IMG/VR virus record: IMGVR_UViG_3300009712_000884
Location: 7,795 to 71,794 of that record
DNA from: a virus
Taxonomy: Duplodnaviria > Caudoviricetes
DNA length: 64,000 bases
Strand: one strand, 5' to 3'
This document shows, in pieces, positions 19,980 to 29,150 of the stretch (position 1 is its first letter; every line of letters begins with the position of its first letter). The notes beneath the pieces are model-generated. The model searched no databases. It saw only the letters and a program-made list of their open reading frames with translations, and was not told where the DNA came from. The position numbers and the translations under genes are program-made.

Positions 19980-20740
19980 TACAGAGTCGAGATTACGGTT
20001 CGTTTTGGAAGGCAATGAATTTGGTAGGACGGTTAACAACAGTACCACTGGAAGTTGAGTTTGGTAAACAAAAGGTGATTTATACACCACCACAAGACAT
20101 ACAGATATCTAAACAGCTTTTTAGATCAGCAAAATGTCAATGTTGTGGTAAGTGCTGTTCTGGTTATTCAACAAATAGATATAATTTGGTGTTTTTTAAT
20201 CCACCGGCATTTTTAGACGGAGAATACAGAAAGAGAGTATTTGAGGAGGTTTTTAAGATAAACGGTGTTGTTTATCCGGTATGGATTTATCGTCAGTCTG
20301 GTAATGTGTGTGACTTTTCAGTATACAGGTGGATTTATCGACAAGTTGGTAATGTATACAACCATTTTTCATATATGGACAACGGACATGTTTATTGTTA
20401 CATACATTCTTTTAAACCAGTACACTGTTTGTTTCCACCAATTTTTATTGATAGTCGAAAAGACAAGTCAATTGTTTTAAAAAGACCATTTTCAAGAAAT
20501 TGGCAATTTGGTTGTAAAGTACAGTTTTTACCATTTGATTATCAAGAATTTGTAGAATGGGATCTCCATGTGTTTGAAGAGTTAAAAAAGTTGGTTGATA
20601 TACTAGGTTTGTCATCTTTTTCAGACTGTGAACTACTTTATGATTTTTTATGTAAATTGAAGCTTACTAACAAACAGACTACACAGATTATTTTGGCGAA
20701 AAACATACATTTGAAAGACGAGAATAACAATCTTTTTTAG
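19976..20740 (+). CDS. YkgJ-like CxxCxxCC Fe/Zn-chelating protein
   Basis: CQCCGKCC...CDF...CYIHSFKPVHCLFPP. Confidence 0.65.
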   Translation: MIQSRDYGSFWKAMNLVGRLTTVPLEVEFGKQKVIYTPPQDIQISKQLFRSAKCQCCGKCCSGYSTNRYNLVFFNPPAFLDGEYRKRVFEEVFKINGVVYPVWIYRQSGNVCDFSVYRWIYRQVGNVYNHFSYMDNGHVYCYIHSFKPVHCLFPPIFIDSRKDKSIVLKRPFSRNWQFGCKVQFLPFDYQEFVEWDLHVFEELKKLVDILGLSSFSDCELLYDFLCKLKLTNKQTTQIILAKNIHLKDENNNLF

Positions 20741-20757
20741 TATAATATTTATAGGAG

Positions 20758-21447
20758 GTGTTAATGAAGATACACTCAATTTTTCAAGCATGTGAAGGAG
20801 AAGGTCAAGAAGTAGGAATAATAAAGACTTTTATTAGAACACAGGGTTGTTCTGTTGGTTGTCGTAATTGTGATACTCCTACTGCAGTAAATTTTAATCA
20901 AGGACAGTTAGTGGATACAAGCTGGATTGTTAAAGAAGTGGAGAGTTATCCTTGGAAAAGAGTAACGATAACAGGCGGTGAGCCGCTTGAACAACCTGAT
21001 ATATTAAATCTTTGTCATGAGCTTAGAAGCAAGGGATATTTTGTTACACTTGAAACTTCGGGACAGATTTATAACGAAGATGTATTTGATTGTTGTTCAT
21101 TTTTAAGTGTGGATGTAAAAACACCTTCAACTGGTGTTGGAATTGATTGGGATATTCATCGTCGAATTTTGAGTAGATATGGCGAGAAAACACAGATAAA
21201 AGGAGTTGTTGAGATTTTAGAGGATTTTAAGTTTATAAAGAAATATTATGATAGGTTTTTTACAATGGAAAGAATTCTTACTCCTTATCAGTTGGTTATT
21301 ACTCCATGTTGGAAAGTAAACCAGAATATGGTTGATGTAGATTTTATACAATATCTTTTATCATTGATTTTTCAGAAGAAGATATTTGTTCGTGTGATTA
21401 TTCAACAGCATAAGTTAGTTTATGGTAGTCAAAAGGAGAATGTATGA
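20758..21447 (+). CDS. queE: 7-carboxy-7-deazaguanine synthase (radical SAM)
   Basis: IF..EGEG, FIRTQGCSVGCRNCDT, TGGEPL, LETSG, DVKTPS. Confidence 0.88.
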   Translation: MLMKIHSIFQACEGEGQEVGIIKTFIRTQGCSVGCRNCDTPTAVNFNQGQLVDTSWIVKEVESYPWKRVTITGGEPLEQPDILNLCHELRSKGYFVTLETSGQIYNEDVFDCCSFLSVDVKTPSTGVGIDWDIHRRILSRYGEKTQIKGVVEILEDFKFIKKYYDRFFTMERILTPYQLVITPCWKVNQNMVDVDFIQYLLSLIFQKKIFVRVIIQQHKLVYGSQKENV

Positions 21448-21650
21448 AAGGTTTATTTGCTAGAGTACTTGTATCATGTGTGTTGACGTTTTTATTTGGT
21501 TTTCCTTTGTGGTTTTATTTTTTAACTAGAGTTGAAATTCCTGCGTGGATGTGGCCGGTAAGTATATATTTTATATGGCTTGTGTTTTTTCTATTTACAT
21601 CTCAGGTAGTGTATAATGACGATGATGGAAAGAAGGAAAACAAAATGTAA
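21444..21650 (+). CDS. Small two-TM membrane protein
   Basis: Two hydrophobic stretches; ATGA overlap. Confidence 0.55.
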   Translation: MKGLFARVLVSCVLTFLFGFPLWFYFLTRVEIPAWMWPVSIYFIWLVFFLFTSQVVYNDDDGKKENKM

Positions 21651-21769
21651 TTGGAGGTGAAAACAATGAAAAAAAAAAGAAAAAGAAAAAACGGCAGGGT
21701 ATATTTTATTCGACGGAAGTGGATTTTTTGTAATGACTATTGAGAGACGTAAGAAAAAAGGAGATAAAA

Positions 21770-22249
21770 ATGAAAATGATAAATTGTGTAATATGTAATA
21801 AAGAAATGAGAGTGTCAGAAAATACACGAGCAGGTGTTTGTAGTAGTTGTATACAAAGTGGTCGTTTTTCAAAGTGGTATCGCGAAAGATATGCAAAAGG
21901 TGAATATTTGTTGAGTAAAATGGCAGAAATGCAAATTGATGACCCGGAAAAAGCTTCGACGACATATAAAGAACCTGAAGCTGAAAAGATTAAGACGAAA
22001 AAGAAAGTCATATTACAACAAGGAAAATCACGTTCAAAGAGAATAAAAGAATTGTTGTTACAAGGTTATACAGATGTGGAAGTGTTAGCTACTGTTAAAC
22101 AAGAGTACTCAAGTGTTGATGAGCGAAGGTTAAAAGATCATATTTCAGCTGAAAAAAGTGAATTGAAGAAGAAAGGGTTGTTAAATGTAAATGTTGTATT
22201 GAGTCAAAAGGAGATAAAAAATGAAGGACGTGCAGAGTCGGCAACCTGA
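21770..22249 (+). CDS. Hypothetical protein with N-terminal Zn finger
   Basis: CVIC...CSSC; start at ATG 21770 (AAGGAG RBS). Confidence 0.5.
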   Translation: MKMINCVICNKEMRVSENTRAGVCSSCIQSGRFSKWYRERYAKGEYLLSKMAEMQIDDPEKASTTYKEPEAEKIKTKKKVILQQGKSRSKRIKELLLQGYTDVEVLATVKQEYSSVDERRLKDHISAEKSELKKKGLLNVNVVLSQKEIKNEGRAESAT

Positions 22250-23012
22250 TATTTCAAAGAATGTTGACAAGGTTGGTATAAGGGAATTGTTACTTCCTTA
22301 TACAGTTTCAATGAAAGGTGGAGGAATACAGCATACAATTGCTAATGTTTCTGCGTACGTTACTCTTACATCTTCATTCAGAGGTACCCACATGTCCCGT
22401 ATTGTACAAATATTACATAGTTACATTGATAAATCAATAAGTTCAGATTTTATTGACAGAGTGTTACAAGACTTGTGTAATAGATTATCAGCTCCCTCTA
22501 GTTATGTGAAAATGCGATTTCCTTATTTGTTAAAAAAGAAAGCACCTGTATCAAATACCGAAGGTTATATGACATATACATGTTGTTTTGAGGGTGAAAG
22601 GGTAGATGGTGCTGTAAAGCATTTATTGACCGTCGAAGTACCATATATGTCTTTGTGTGAGTGTAGTAAAGAGATCTCTGATTATAATGCACATAATCAG
22701 AGATCAACAGCAAAAATAACCGTGATGTACAGAAAAGAAAATACTGTGTGGATTGAGGATTTGATTGAATTGGTCGAAAAACACGCGAGTTCTCCTGTGT
22801 ATTCGATATTAAAAAGAGAAGATGAAAAGTATGTAACTGAGCACAGCTATAAACATCCTAGATTTGTTGAAACCATGGCAAGACGATTGTATAAGGATTT
22901 ACAGAATGATAGTCGTGTTTTAGGTTTTGTAGTTGTTGTTAATCATTGTGAATCAATACATCAACATGATGCTGTGGCTGTGATTCATGGTGGTTATGTA
23001 TATATTCCATAA
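22221..23012 (+). CDS. folE2: GTP cyclohydrolase IB
   Basis: VGI, RGTHMSR, SLCECSK, AHNQRS, KREDEK, PRFVE, ESIHQHDA. Confidence 0.92.
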   Translation: MKDVQSRQPDISKNVDKVGIRELLLPYTVSMKGGGIQHTIANVSAYVTLTSSFRGTHMSRIVQILHSYIDKSISSDFIDRVLQDLCNRLSAPSSYVKMRFPYLLKKKAPVSNTEGYMTYTCCFEGERVDGAVKHLLTVEVPYMSLCECSKEISDYNAHNQRSTAKITVMYRKENTVWIEDLIELVEKHASSPVYSILKREDEKYVTEHSYKHPRFVETMARRLYKDLQNDSRVLGFVVVVNHCESIHQHDAVAVIHGGYVYIP

Positions 23013-23027
23013 AAGGAGAAGAAGTCG

Positions 23028-23513
23028 GTGATTATTAATCCACAAGTTGTAGTAGAAAAAGGTTGGATAAGAAATTATATTGAAGAATGTATTCAACCTA
23101 ATAGTATTGATGTTCGTTTAGACCGTTTGTTTCGAATTGATGTAGCCGAAGAGTCTTTTAAAGGCCTTGTTTTGGGTCGGGATACACGAGAGCTTCCTGC
23201 ATACATAGAGGAGTTTCCCGATGAAAAAGGGTTCTTTTATATTAAACCTTTTGTTCCATACCAGTTTCTAGCTTGTGAGTTTGTTTCATTACCTGAAGGT
23301 GTTGCAGCTCGTTTACATGTAAGAAGTACTTTAAATAGAGCTGGTGTGTTTATTAGTGCAGGATGGTGGGATTCAGGTTTTAAAAATTATGTTGGTGCAA
23401 GTTTTTGTTCTTTCGCACCGGCGAAGATAGAAAGAGGTGCAAGGATTGCACAGATCGTTTTTATAGAAGCAGGTTGTGTAAAGTTGTACGACGGAATATA
23501 CAATGTTAAGTAG
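23028..23513 (+). CDS. Trimeric dCTP deaminase/dUTPase family protein
   Basis: IQPNSIDVRL, RSTLNRAG, WDSGF, RIAQIVF. Confidence 0.8.
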   Translation: MIINPQVVVEKGWIRNYIEECIQPNSIDVRLDRLFRIDVAEESFKGLVLGRDTRELPAYIEEFPDEKGFFYIKPFVPYQFLACEFVSLPEGVAARLHVRSTLNRAGVFISAGWWDSGFKNYVGASFCSFAPAKIERGARIAQIVFIEAGCVKLYDGIYNVK

Positions 23514-24567
23514 AGATTTCCTTGAACGAGTATTGTTACTGGAGAATGTAAAAGAATTATCGGATAATTGGATGTGTTCATGTCCTTTTGCATATTTACA
23601 CCTTGATGGCGATGATAAAACACCGTCGTTTGCAATTCATAAAGAAACAGGTGTTTGGCATTGTTTTACATGTGGTGAAAAGGGCACACTTGTATCTTTG
23701 ATTAAGAAATTAAAGAATGTTTCTGATTCAGTCGCACAGCAGATAATACAAGGTTATGAGGATGTATCTTTCCAGCGAATTAAAAAGAAACTTTCTAATT
23801 TAAGAGAACAACATTCGGAGAGGAAAGCAGAAGTTAAAGTAATTACATTGCCTGGTTTGGTTGAAGTGGAAACTTGTAAAAAAGCGTTACAATATTTACA
23901 GAACAGAGGTTTGTATTTGAATGTTATAAGAAAATTTAATATACAGTTTTGTCAGCGAGGTTTATATAAAGACAGATTAATTATACCAATTTTTTATGAA
24001 AGAAAATGTGTTGGTTTTATTGCAAGAGATATTACAGATCAAGCAGAAAGTAAATATCTGTTACCGTCCGAGTTTAAGAAAAGTAAATACCTGTTTAATA
24101 TTGATACGATAAACAGTAATAAACCTGTATGGTTGGTTGAAGGTGTTTTTGATGTACTTAAGTTATTTCAATTTGGTCTAAGAAATGTAGTTGCTGTGTT
24201 TGGTTCCGAGGTCTCTGATACTCAAGTTGCGTTGCTTCTTAGAAAAAATGTAAGAGAGGTGGTTTTGTGTTTTGATAGCGACCAAGCAGGTACAAAGGTT
24301 ATGAAAAATTTTATACGAAAATATAATCAATTTTTCAAGGTATGTGTAACACAGTTACCGGATTTGAAGGATCCTGGTGATTTATCAACAATTGATGAAT
24401 TTAAAAAATTATTATCCAGTGTAAAAGAGATTGGAGTAAATACAGATATAGAAAATGATGTAAGTGTAAAATTAAAAAGGATAAACATACGGTTGAAGAA
24501 TTTAGGGTTTGAGGTTTTATCTTCAAAAAATAATAACAGGGATTTGCTTGTAACTCAAGGGTTTTAA
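23503..24567 (+). CDS. dnaG: DnaG-type DNA primase
   Basis: CPF..H..D..PSF, HCFTCG Zn finger; TOPRIM LVEGVFD, LCFDSDQAG, KDPGD. Confidence 0.9.
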   Translation: MLSRDFLERVLLLENVKELSDNWMCSCPFAYLHLDGDDKTPSFAIHKETGVWHCFTCGEKGTLVSLIKKLKNVSDSVAQQIIQGYEDVSFQRIKKKLSNLREQHSERKAEVKVITLPGLVEVETCKKALQYLQNRGLYLNVIRKFNIQFCQRGLYKDRLIIPIFYERKCVGFIARDITDQAESKYLLPSEFKKSKYLFNIDTINSNKPVWLVEGVFDVLKLFQFGLRNVVAVFGSEVSDTQVALLLRKNVREVVLCFDSDQAGTKVMKNFIRKYNQFFKVCVTQLPDLKDPGDLSTIDEFKKLLSSVKEIGVNTDIENDVSVKLKRINIRLKNLGFEVLSSKNNNRDLLVTQGF

Positions 24568-24835
24568 AAAGGGTTGATTTTTTTAAAAATTTATACTATA
24601 ATATATAAAAATGAAAACACTACGATTTACAAGGGTTTTAAAAAGGGTTGATTTTTAAAAAAATTATGCTATAATAAAAAAATAAAAAGTTGATTTTTTT
24701 AAAAAATTATGCTATAATATATAAAAGTGGAGATACTACAATTCACAAGGGTTTTAAAAAGGGTTGATTTTTTTAAAAATTTATACTATAATAAAAAAAT
24801 AAAAAGTTGATTTTTTAAAAAAATTATGCTAAAAT
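24556..24835 (+). repeat. Imperfect direct-repeat array (A, A-B, A-B) in an AT-rich intergenic region
   Basis: CAAGGGTTTTAAAAAGGGTTGATTTTT at 24556, 24630 and 24746; AAAAAATAAAAAGTTGATTTTT at about 24677 and 24794; each followed by AAAAA(T/A)TTAT(A/G)CTA(T/A)AAT. Confidence 0.92.
24574..24835 (+). promoter_or_regulatory. Five tandem sigma70/sigmaA-type promoters
   Basis: TTGATT at 24574, 24648, 24690, 24764, 24807 paired with TATAAT at 24597, 24670, 24713, 24787 and TAAAAT at 24830; spacers 17,16,17,17,17; three have an extended -10 TGn. Confidence 0.8.
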
Positions 24836-24894
24836 ATGAAAACAAAAAGAAGAGGAACAATAATAGAATTTGAATAAATAAAAAGGAGGAAAAG

Positions 24895-25497
24895 ATGGAA
24901 AGAGTTCAAATGATTAGGGAGCATGAGATTGTGAATGTAGAGTTTGAAGAATTGTCGAAGGAATTTGAAGGAACAATGGTAAATACAATCAGGAGGATTT
25001 TTCCCGAGAAGGTCGCAACAACAAAATCAGGGGTATTGAGTTTTGAAGATTTAATGCAAGAAGCAAGGCTTGCATTGTTGGAAGCAAAACAGCGATATAG
25101 GCCAGATAAAAATATGAGTTTTAAAAGTTATTTTATATTAGTTCTGAGATCAACTTTGTTGATGATTTATGCAAGGAGACCGAAAGAGCAAGAAAAGTGG
25201 ATTAAACAGAGATTTGAGTATACAAAATCCGACGAAGCATTACCTGTGGATGTGGAAGATCCAAACTGTTTTGTTAATGATGTAGCTTGTGAGTTGTTGC
25301 GAGAAAGAATTGGCAAGATTTTACATAAACATTTAGTATATAAGGACGCGTGTTATGCAGAATATATAATTATGTTAAAGGAAAGAGGCTATACTTTCGA
25401 GGAAATTGGAGAAATTCTTGATGTATCTGTATATTCATTATGGGAAAAAGCAAAAAAAGTTTTGAAGAAATATTTACCTTTGCAGTATAATGTGTAG
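24895..25497 (+). CDS. Phage sigma70-family factor
   Basis: Region 2-like EDLMQEARLALLEAKQRY...SFKSY; region 4-like GYTFEEIGEILDVS. Confidence 0.7.
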   Translation: MERVQMIREHEIVNVEFEELSKEFEGTMVNTIRRIFPEKVATTKSGVLSFEDLMQEARLALLEAKQRYRPDKNMSFKSYFILVLRSTLLMIYARRPKEQEKWIKQRFEYTKSDEALPVDVEDPNCFVNDVACELLRERIGKILHKHLVYKDACYAEYIIMLKERGYTFEEIGEILDVSVYSLWEKAKKVLKKYLPLQYNV

Positions 25498-25509
25498 AAA
25501 GGAGCTAAG

Positions 25510-26085
25510 ATGAAAATTTTGAAATCTCTTGATGAAGCGTGTTTGGAATATGGTAAGGAAGAATTGGAAGGCCTGGTTGTTGATGAGTGTCCTAAAGTTG
25601 TGTTATTACCATCAGATCTTACACATGTTGAAGAACATCTTTTAAAACAAAGTGCTCTTTATGCGTTTTTCTCTGAGTTGTATAGACAAGCACGCGAGCA
25701 GTTAAGTATATTGACCGAACAGTTTGAAAATTGGAAAGCAGTTACACGAAGAGTGGTTGCTGAAGATCTTGAAGTACAGAAAGGAAGAAGAGTTACGCTT
25801 GAAGATATAAATTCGGAGATGCGGGTTAGATATGAAAAGGAGTTTCAAGAGTGGAGTAACAAAATCAGAGAGGCAACACAGGTTGTTGATAAGTTGAAAA
25901 ACTGGCTGGATGCTTTAAAGATGAAACACGATTCATTGAACTCGTTGGCGTATTTAGTATCAAAAGAAAGATCTGCTGAGTTTATTGTATATCAAAGAAA
26001 AGTAGAAGAGTTGATTGCAAAAGCAGGTCTTGAAAAAATCGAAGAGATAATTAGTAAACTTGAAGTTGCTGGCGAAAATAAATAG
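25510..26085 (+). CDS. Helical protein, possible UvsY-like recombination mediator
   Basis: Coiled-coil character; position just before the SSB and recA genes. Confidence 0.4.
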   Translation: MKILKSLDEACLEYGKEELEGLVVDECPKVVLLPSDLTHVEEHLLKQSALYAFFSELYRQAREQLSILTEQFENWKAVTRRVVAEDLEVQKGRRVTLEDINSEMRVRYEKEFQEWSNKIREATQVVDKLKNWLDALKMKHDSLNSLAYLVSKERSAEFIVYQRKVEELIAKAGLEKIEEIISKLEVAGENK

Positions 26086-26120
26086 AACAGAGAAGTATAA
26101 TTTGATAAAAGGAGGAAAAG

Positions 26121-27080
26121 ATGGATAAGGAAAATTTGTTAAGAAACACTCTTGATTCATTAGATGACGATTTATCTGTAACTGGTTTTTCAACAAACAT
26201 ATTGCAGTTAAAAGAAGGTGTAAATAGGATACGTCTTGTTATGACAAAAGGGTATGTGAAGTATAGAGCTCATTTTATTCCACCGGAGGTAAGAGGCGAG
26301 GATGATACATCTGTAGGTGGAATGGTTGTTTGTTTAAAGGAGTTTGGGTGTAATTGTCCAATTTGTGAGTATGTGACGTTGTTGTTTCAATCAACTTCTG
26401 AGTTGAATCAAATGCGTGCTAAGAAGTTGTATGCAAGAAACAGATTTAGATTTCTTGTGATTGATAGAGAAGAAAAACGAGAAGGTGTATCTCCAATGAA
26501 GATTTTGAGTTGTGGTAGTGTGATTGCTGAAGGTATAAAGGAATGTAATAAGAATTATGGAGATCCGGCAGATCCTGAAAGAGGATATGATTTACAGATT
26601 GAGTTAAAGAAGGTTGAAGGCTGGAATAAATATAAGATTTCACCTGTAATGAAACTTGTAATGAAAGATGGTAAAAGAACTTTTGAAATCGTGGAAACAC
26701 CTTTAACAGAAGCGGAAAAAAACTATTCTTTTCCTTCACTGGAGAAGACTTTATCTTATGATGTTGATGTGCTTGAAGAGGATTTGTTAAAGTTGTTTGG
26801 ACCAAAGATTCAGGAGATCACAGAGGTGTTAAGTAAAGAGAAGACGATGATAAAGGAAGTAAGTGAGTTAGATTCAGAGCTTGATGTGGATCTCGAGACG
26901 GGTGAAAATGGTGAAAAAGATGTGAATTTGTTTATAGATAAGCAAAAACAAGAAGTTCAGGTGTCTGGTGTAAAATCAGAGACGCATCCGAAGTGTTTTG
27001 GTATGTATGATCCTGAAGATGCTGAGAACTGCTTGAGATGTACGTTTCAAAAAGAGTGTAAGGTTGAAAGAGGATTATAA
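26121..27080 (+). CDS. gp32-like single-stranded DNA-binding protein
   Basis: NRIRL, HF, CPICE Zn site, DPERGYDLQI, acidic C-terminal half; precedes recA. Confidence 0.65.
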   Translation: MDKENLLRNTLDSLDDDLSVTGFSTNILQLKEGVNRIRLVMTKGYVKYRAHFIPPEVRGEDDTSVGGMVVCLKEFGCNCPICEYVTLLFQSTSELNQMRAKKLYARNRFRFLVIDREEKREGVSPMKILSCGSVIAEGIKECNKNYGDPADPERGYDLQIELKKVEGWNKYKISPVMKLVMKDGKRTFEIVETPLTEAEKNYSFPSLEKTLSYDVDVLEEDLLKLFGPKIQEITEVLSKEKTMIKEVSELDSELDVDLETGENGEKDVNLFIDKQKQEVQVSGVKSETHPKCFGMYDPEDAENCLRCTFQKECKVERGL

Positions 27081-28081
27081 TGTCAAAGGATAGATTAAAA
27101 AAAATTGTTACTTCATTACAAAAAGCGTTTGGTGAGGAAACTGTTGTAACATTGAATGTTAAACCTCAAAAAGTTGAAGTAATTTCAACCGGTAGTATTT
27201 TAATTGATAATGTGATTGGTGTAGGTGGTTTTCCTCGCGGGCGTATAATTGAGTTGTTTGGCGAAGAAGGTTCCGGTAAAAGTACGATTGCGTTGTTAAC
27301 TGTTGCAGAGCTACAAAGAAAAGGTGGTATTGCAGGATATGTTGATATGGAGAATGCACTTGATGGAGAGTATGCACAGAAGCTGGGTGTTGATGTATCA
27401 AGTTTATTAATATCTCAACCTTCTTCGGGTGAAGAAGGTTTAGCTGTTGCGGAAAAAATGCTTGAAGAAGGTGTAGATTTTGTTGTTGTGGATTCAGTTG
27501 CTGCACTTGTTCCAAAAGCCGAGCTTGAAGGTGAAATGGGAGCGCCAAATATTGCTTTACAAGCTCGACTGTTGTCGCAGGCGTTGAGAAGACTATCGAC
27601 CAAGGTTAGTCGAAGTAATGCATGTCTTGTATTTATAAACCAAATCCGAGAGATACCAGGTGTGATTTTTGGTAATACAGAAACAACTCCTGGAGGAAGA
27701 GCATTGAAGTTTTACGCGTCTGTTAGACTTCGAGTTAAACGTAAAACTGCTGTAAAAGATGAAAAAGGAGTTATAATTGGCGATGTGGTTGAAATAAAAG
27801 TTGTTAAAAACAAAGTTGCATTTCCTTTTAGATCTTGTGTGTTAAAAATCATATGGGGAGAAGGTTATGATGAATCGGAGGGTTTGGTTAATATTGCAGT
27901 AGAAAGAGGTTTAGTAAAAAATCCAAAGCCAGGTGTATATATTGTATTTGATAAAGAGCTTAAAGGTAAAGAAGAACTTGTTGAGTTTTTTAAGACTAAT
28001 CCTGATGCTGTGTTAAAGTTGTTTACAGAGACAAGTAAGGATAATGTGGAGATAAAAAATGAAGTTAATTCACACAGCTGA
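27080..28081 (+). CDS. recA: RecA recombinase
   Basis: GGFPRGRIIELFGEEGSGKST, VVVDSVAAL, FINQIR, TTPGGRALKFYASVR, KNKVA. Confidence 0.97.
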   Translation: MSKDRLKKIVTSLQKAFGEETVVTLNVKPQKVEVISTGSILIDNVIGVGGFPRGRIIELFGEEGSGKSTIALLTVAELQRKGGIAGYVDMENALDGEYAQKLGVDVSSLLISQPSSGEEGLAVAEKMLEEGVDFVVVDSVAALVPKAELEGEMGAPNIALQARLLSQALRRLSTKVSRSNACLVFINQIREIPGVIFGNTETTPGGRALKFYASVRLRVKRKTAVKDEKGVIIGDVVEIKVVKNKVAFPFRSCVLKIIWGEGYDESEGLVNIAVERGLVKNPKPGVYIVFDKELKGKEELVEFFKTNPDAVLKLFTETSKDNVEIKNEVNSHS

Positions 28082-29150
28082 TTTTCATCTTTCAAAAAAA
28101 CTAAGACTTGATGATTTTACAAAATCATTGTCTAAAATAAAAGATTGTGCATTTGAATATTCAGTGTCTACAGTGGTTGTTGCCGGTGATGTGTTTGATA
28201 AGAACACACCTGATAACGAAGCACGTGCAGTGTTTTATGAGTGGTTGTCAAGTTTGTTAAACACTAATATACATGTATTGATTTTAACTGGAACACATGA
28301 TGCACAGCAACTAGCACATGGTTTGTTACCTTTGAAAAGATTAAATCTGGAGTACTTGCATATATATGACAGTTTGTGTGTTGATGTAATATCTGAATTA
28401 AAGTTGTATGTTTTAACAATTCCTCATTTGATAAGACCTGATTTTGGTATGATTAAGAAAAAACTAGATGAATTTGATAGTTTGGAAAAAAGTGATGGTT
28501 GGTTAAAGATTGTTATTGGACATTTTGCTATAATTGGTACAGAAGTAAGAAATGGATTTGAAATACTTGAAAAATCAGAAGATTTTGTTTTACCTCTTAC
28601 ATGGTTTCAACAATTAAAATCCGTGGATTACATTGCACTTGGTCATATTCATAGACATCAACAGTTACTTAAAAACATGGTTTATGCAGGCTCAATTGAA
28701 AGAGTGAATTTTGGTGAAAAAGAAAATAAACCTTGTTTTGTTGAAGTTGATATTGATGGTAAGGAATGTAAAATTCAGACAGTTCCTTTCGATGTACGTC
28801 CCATGGTTGATATTAGAGCAACTAATGATTTAGAAGAGCAGTTAAAGTCTCTTCAATCAGGTACATTGGTTAGATTAAAGGTAACTGAAGATCAAGGTAT
28901 TAATTTTAGACAGATAAGAAAGTTAATTGATGATACAGGTTTGTTGTTTTATGGTATACAACGTGAGAGTATTGAAGTTACACCGATAACAAACATGTCA
29001 GTAGAAGAAAGACAGGGTTGGGTAGATATTGTGTTAAGAAAAATAGACGAGATGAAGGATTACAACAAAGAGTTGTTAAAATCATTATTTTATTCAGCAT
29101 ATCAAAAGACAGAAGGAAGTATAGATGAAAATACAGAGATTAAGTTTTGA
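28059..29150 (+). CDS. sbcD: SbcD/Mre11-like nuclease
   Basis: HTADFH, AGDVFD, GTHD, GHF, ALGHIH, YAGS. Confidence 0.9.
   Translation: MKLIHTADFHLSKKLRLDDFTKSLSKIKDCAFEYSVSTVVVAGDVFDKNTPDNEARAVFYEWLSSLLNTNIHVLILTGTHDAQQLAHGLLPLKRLNLEYLHIYDSLCVDVISELKLYVLTIPHLIRPDFGMIKKKLDEFDSLEKSDGWLKIVIGHFAIIGTEVRNGFEILEKSEDFVLPLTWFQQLKSVDYIALGHIHRHQQLLKNMVYAGSIERVNFGEKENKPCFVEVDIDGKECKIQTVPFDVRPMVDIRATNDLEEQLKSLQSGTLVRLKVTEDQGINFRQIRKLIDDTGLLFYGIQRESIEVTPITNMSVEERQGWVDIVLRKIDEMKDYNKELLKSLFYSAYQKTEGSIDENTEIKF

Noticed and set aside
20758-21447. Radical SAM gene as the NrdG activase
   Set aside because: EGEG, FIR..GC and TGGEP motifs and proximity to folE2/queD fit QueE better
24556-24835. Repeat array as a CRISPR
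   Set aside because: The intervening segments are themselves repeated and irregular, each unit is a -35/-10 promoter, and there are no cas genes
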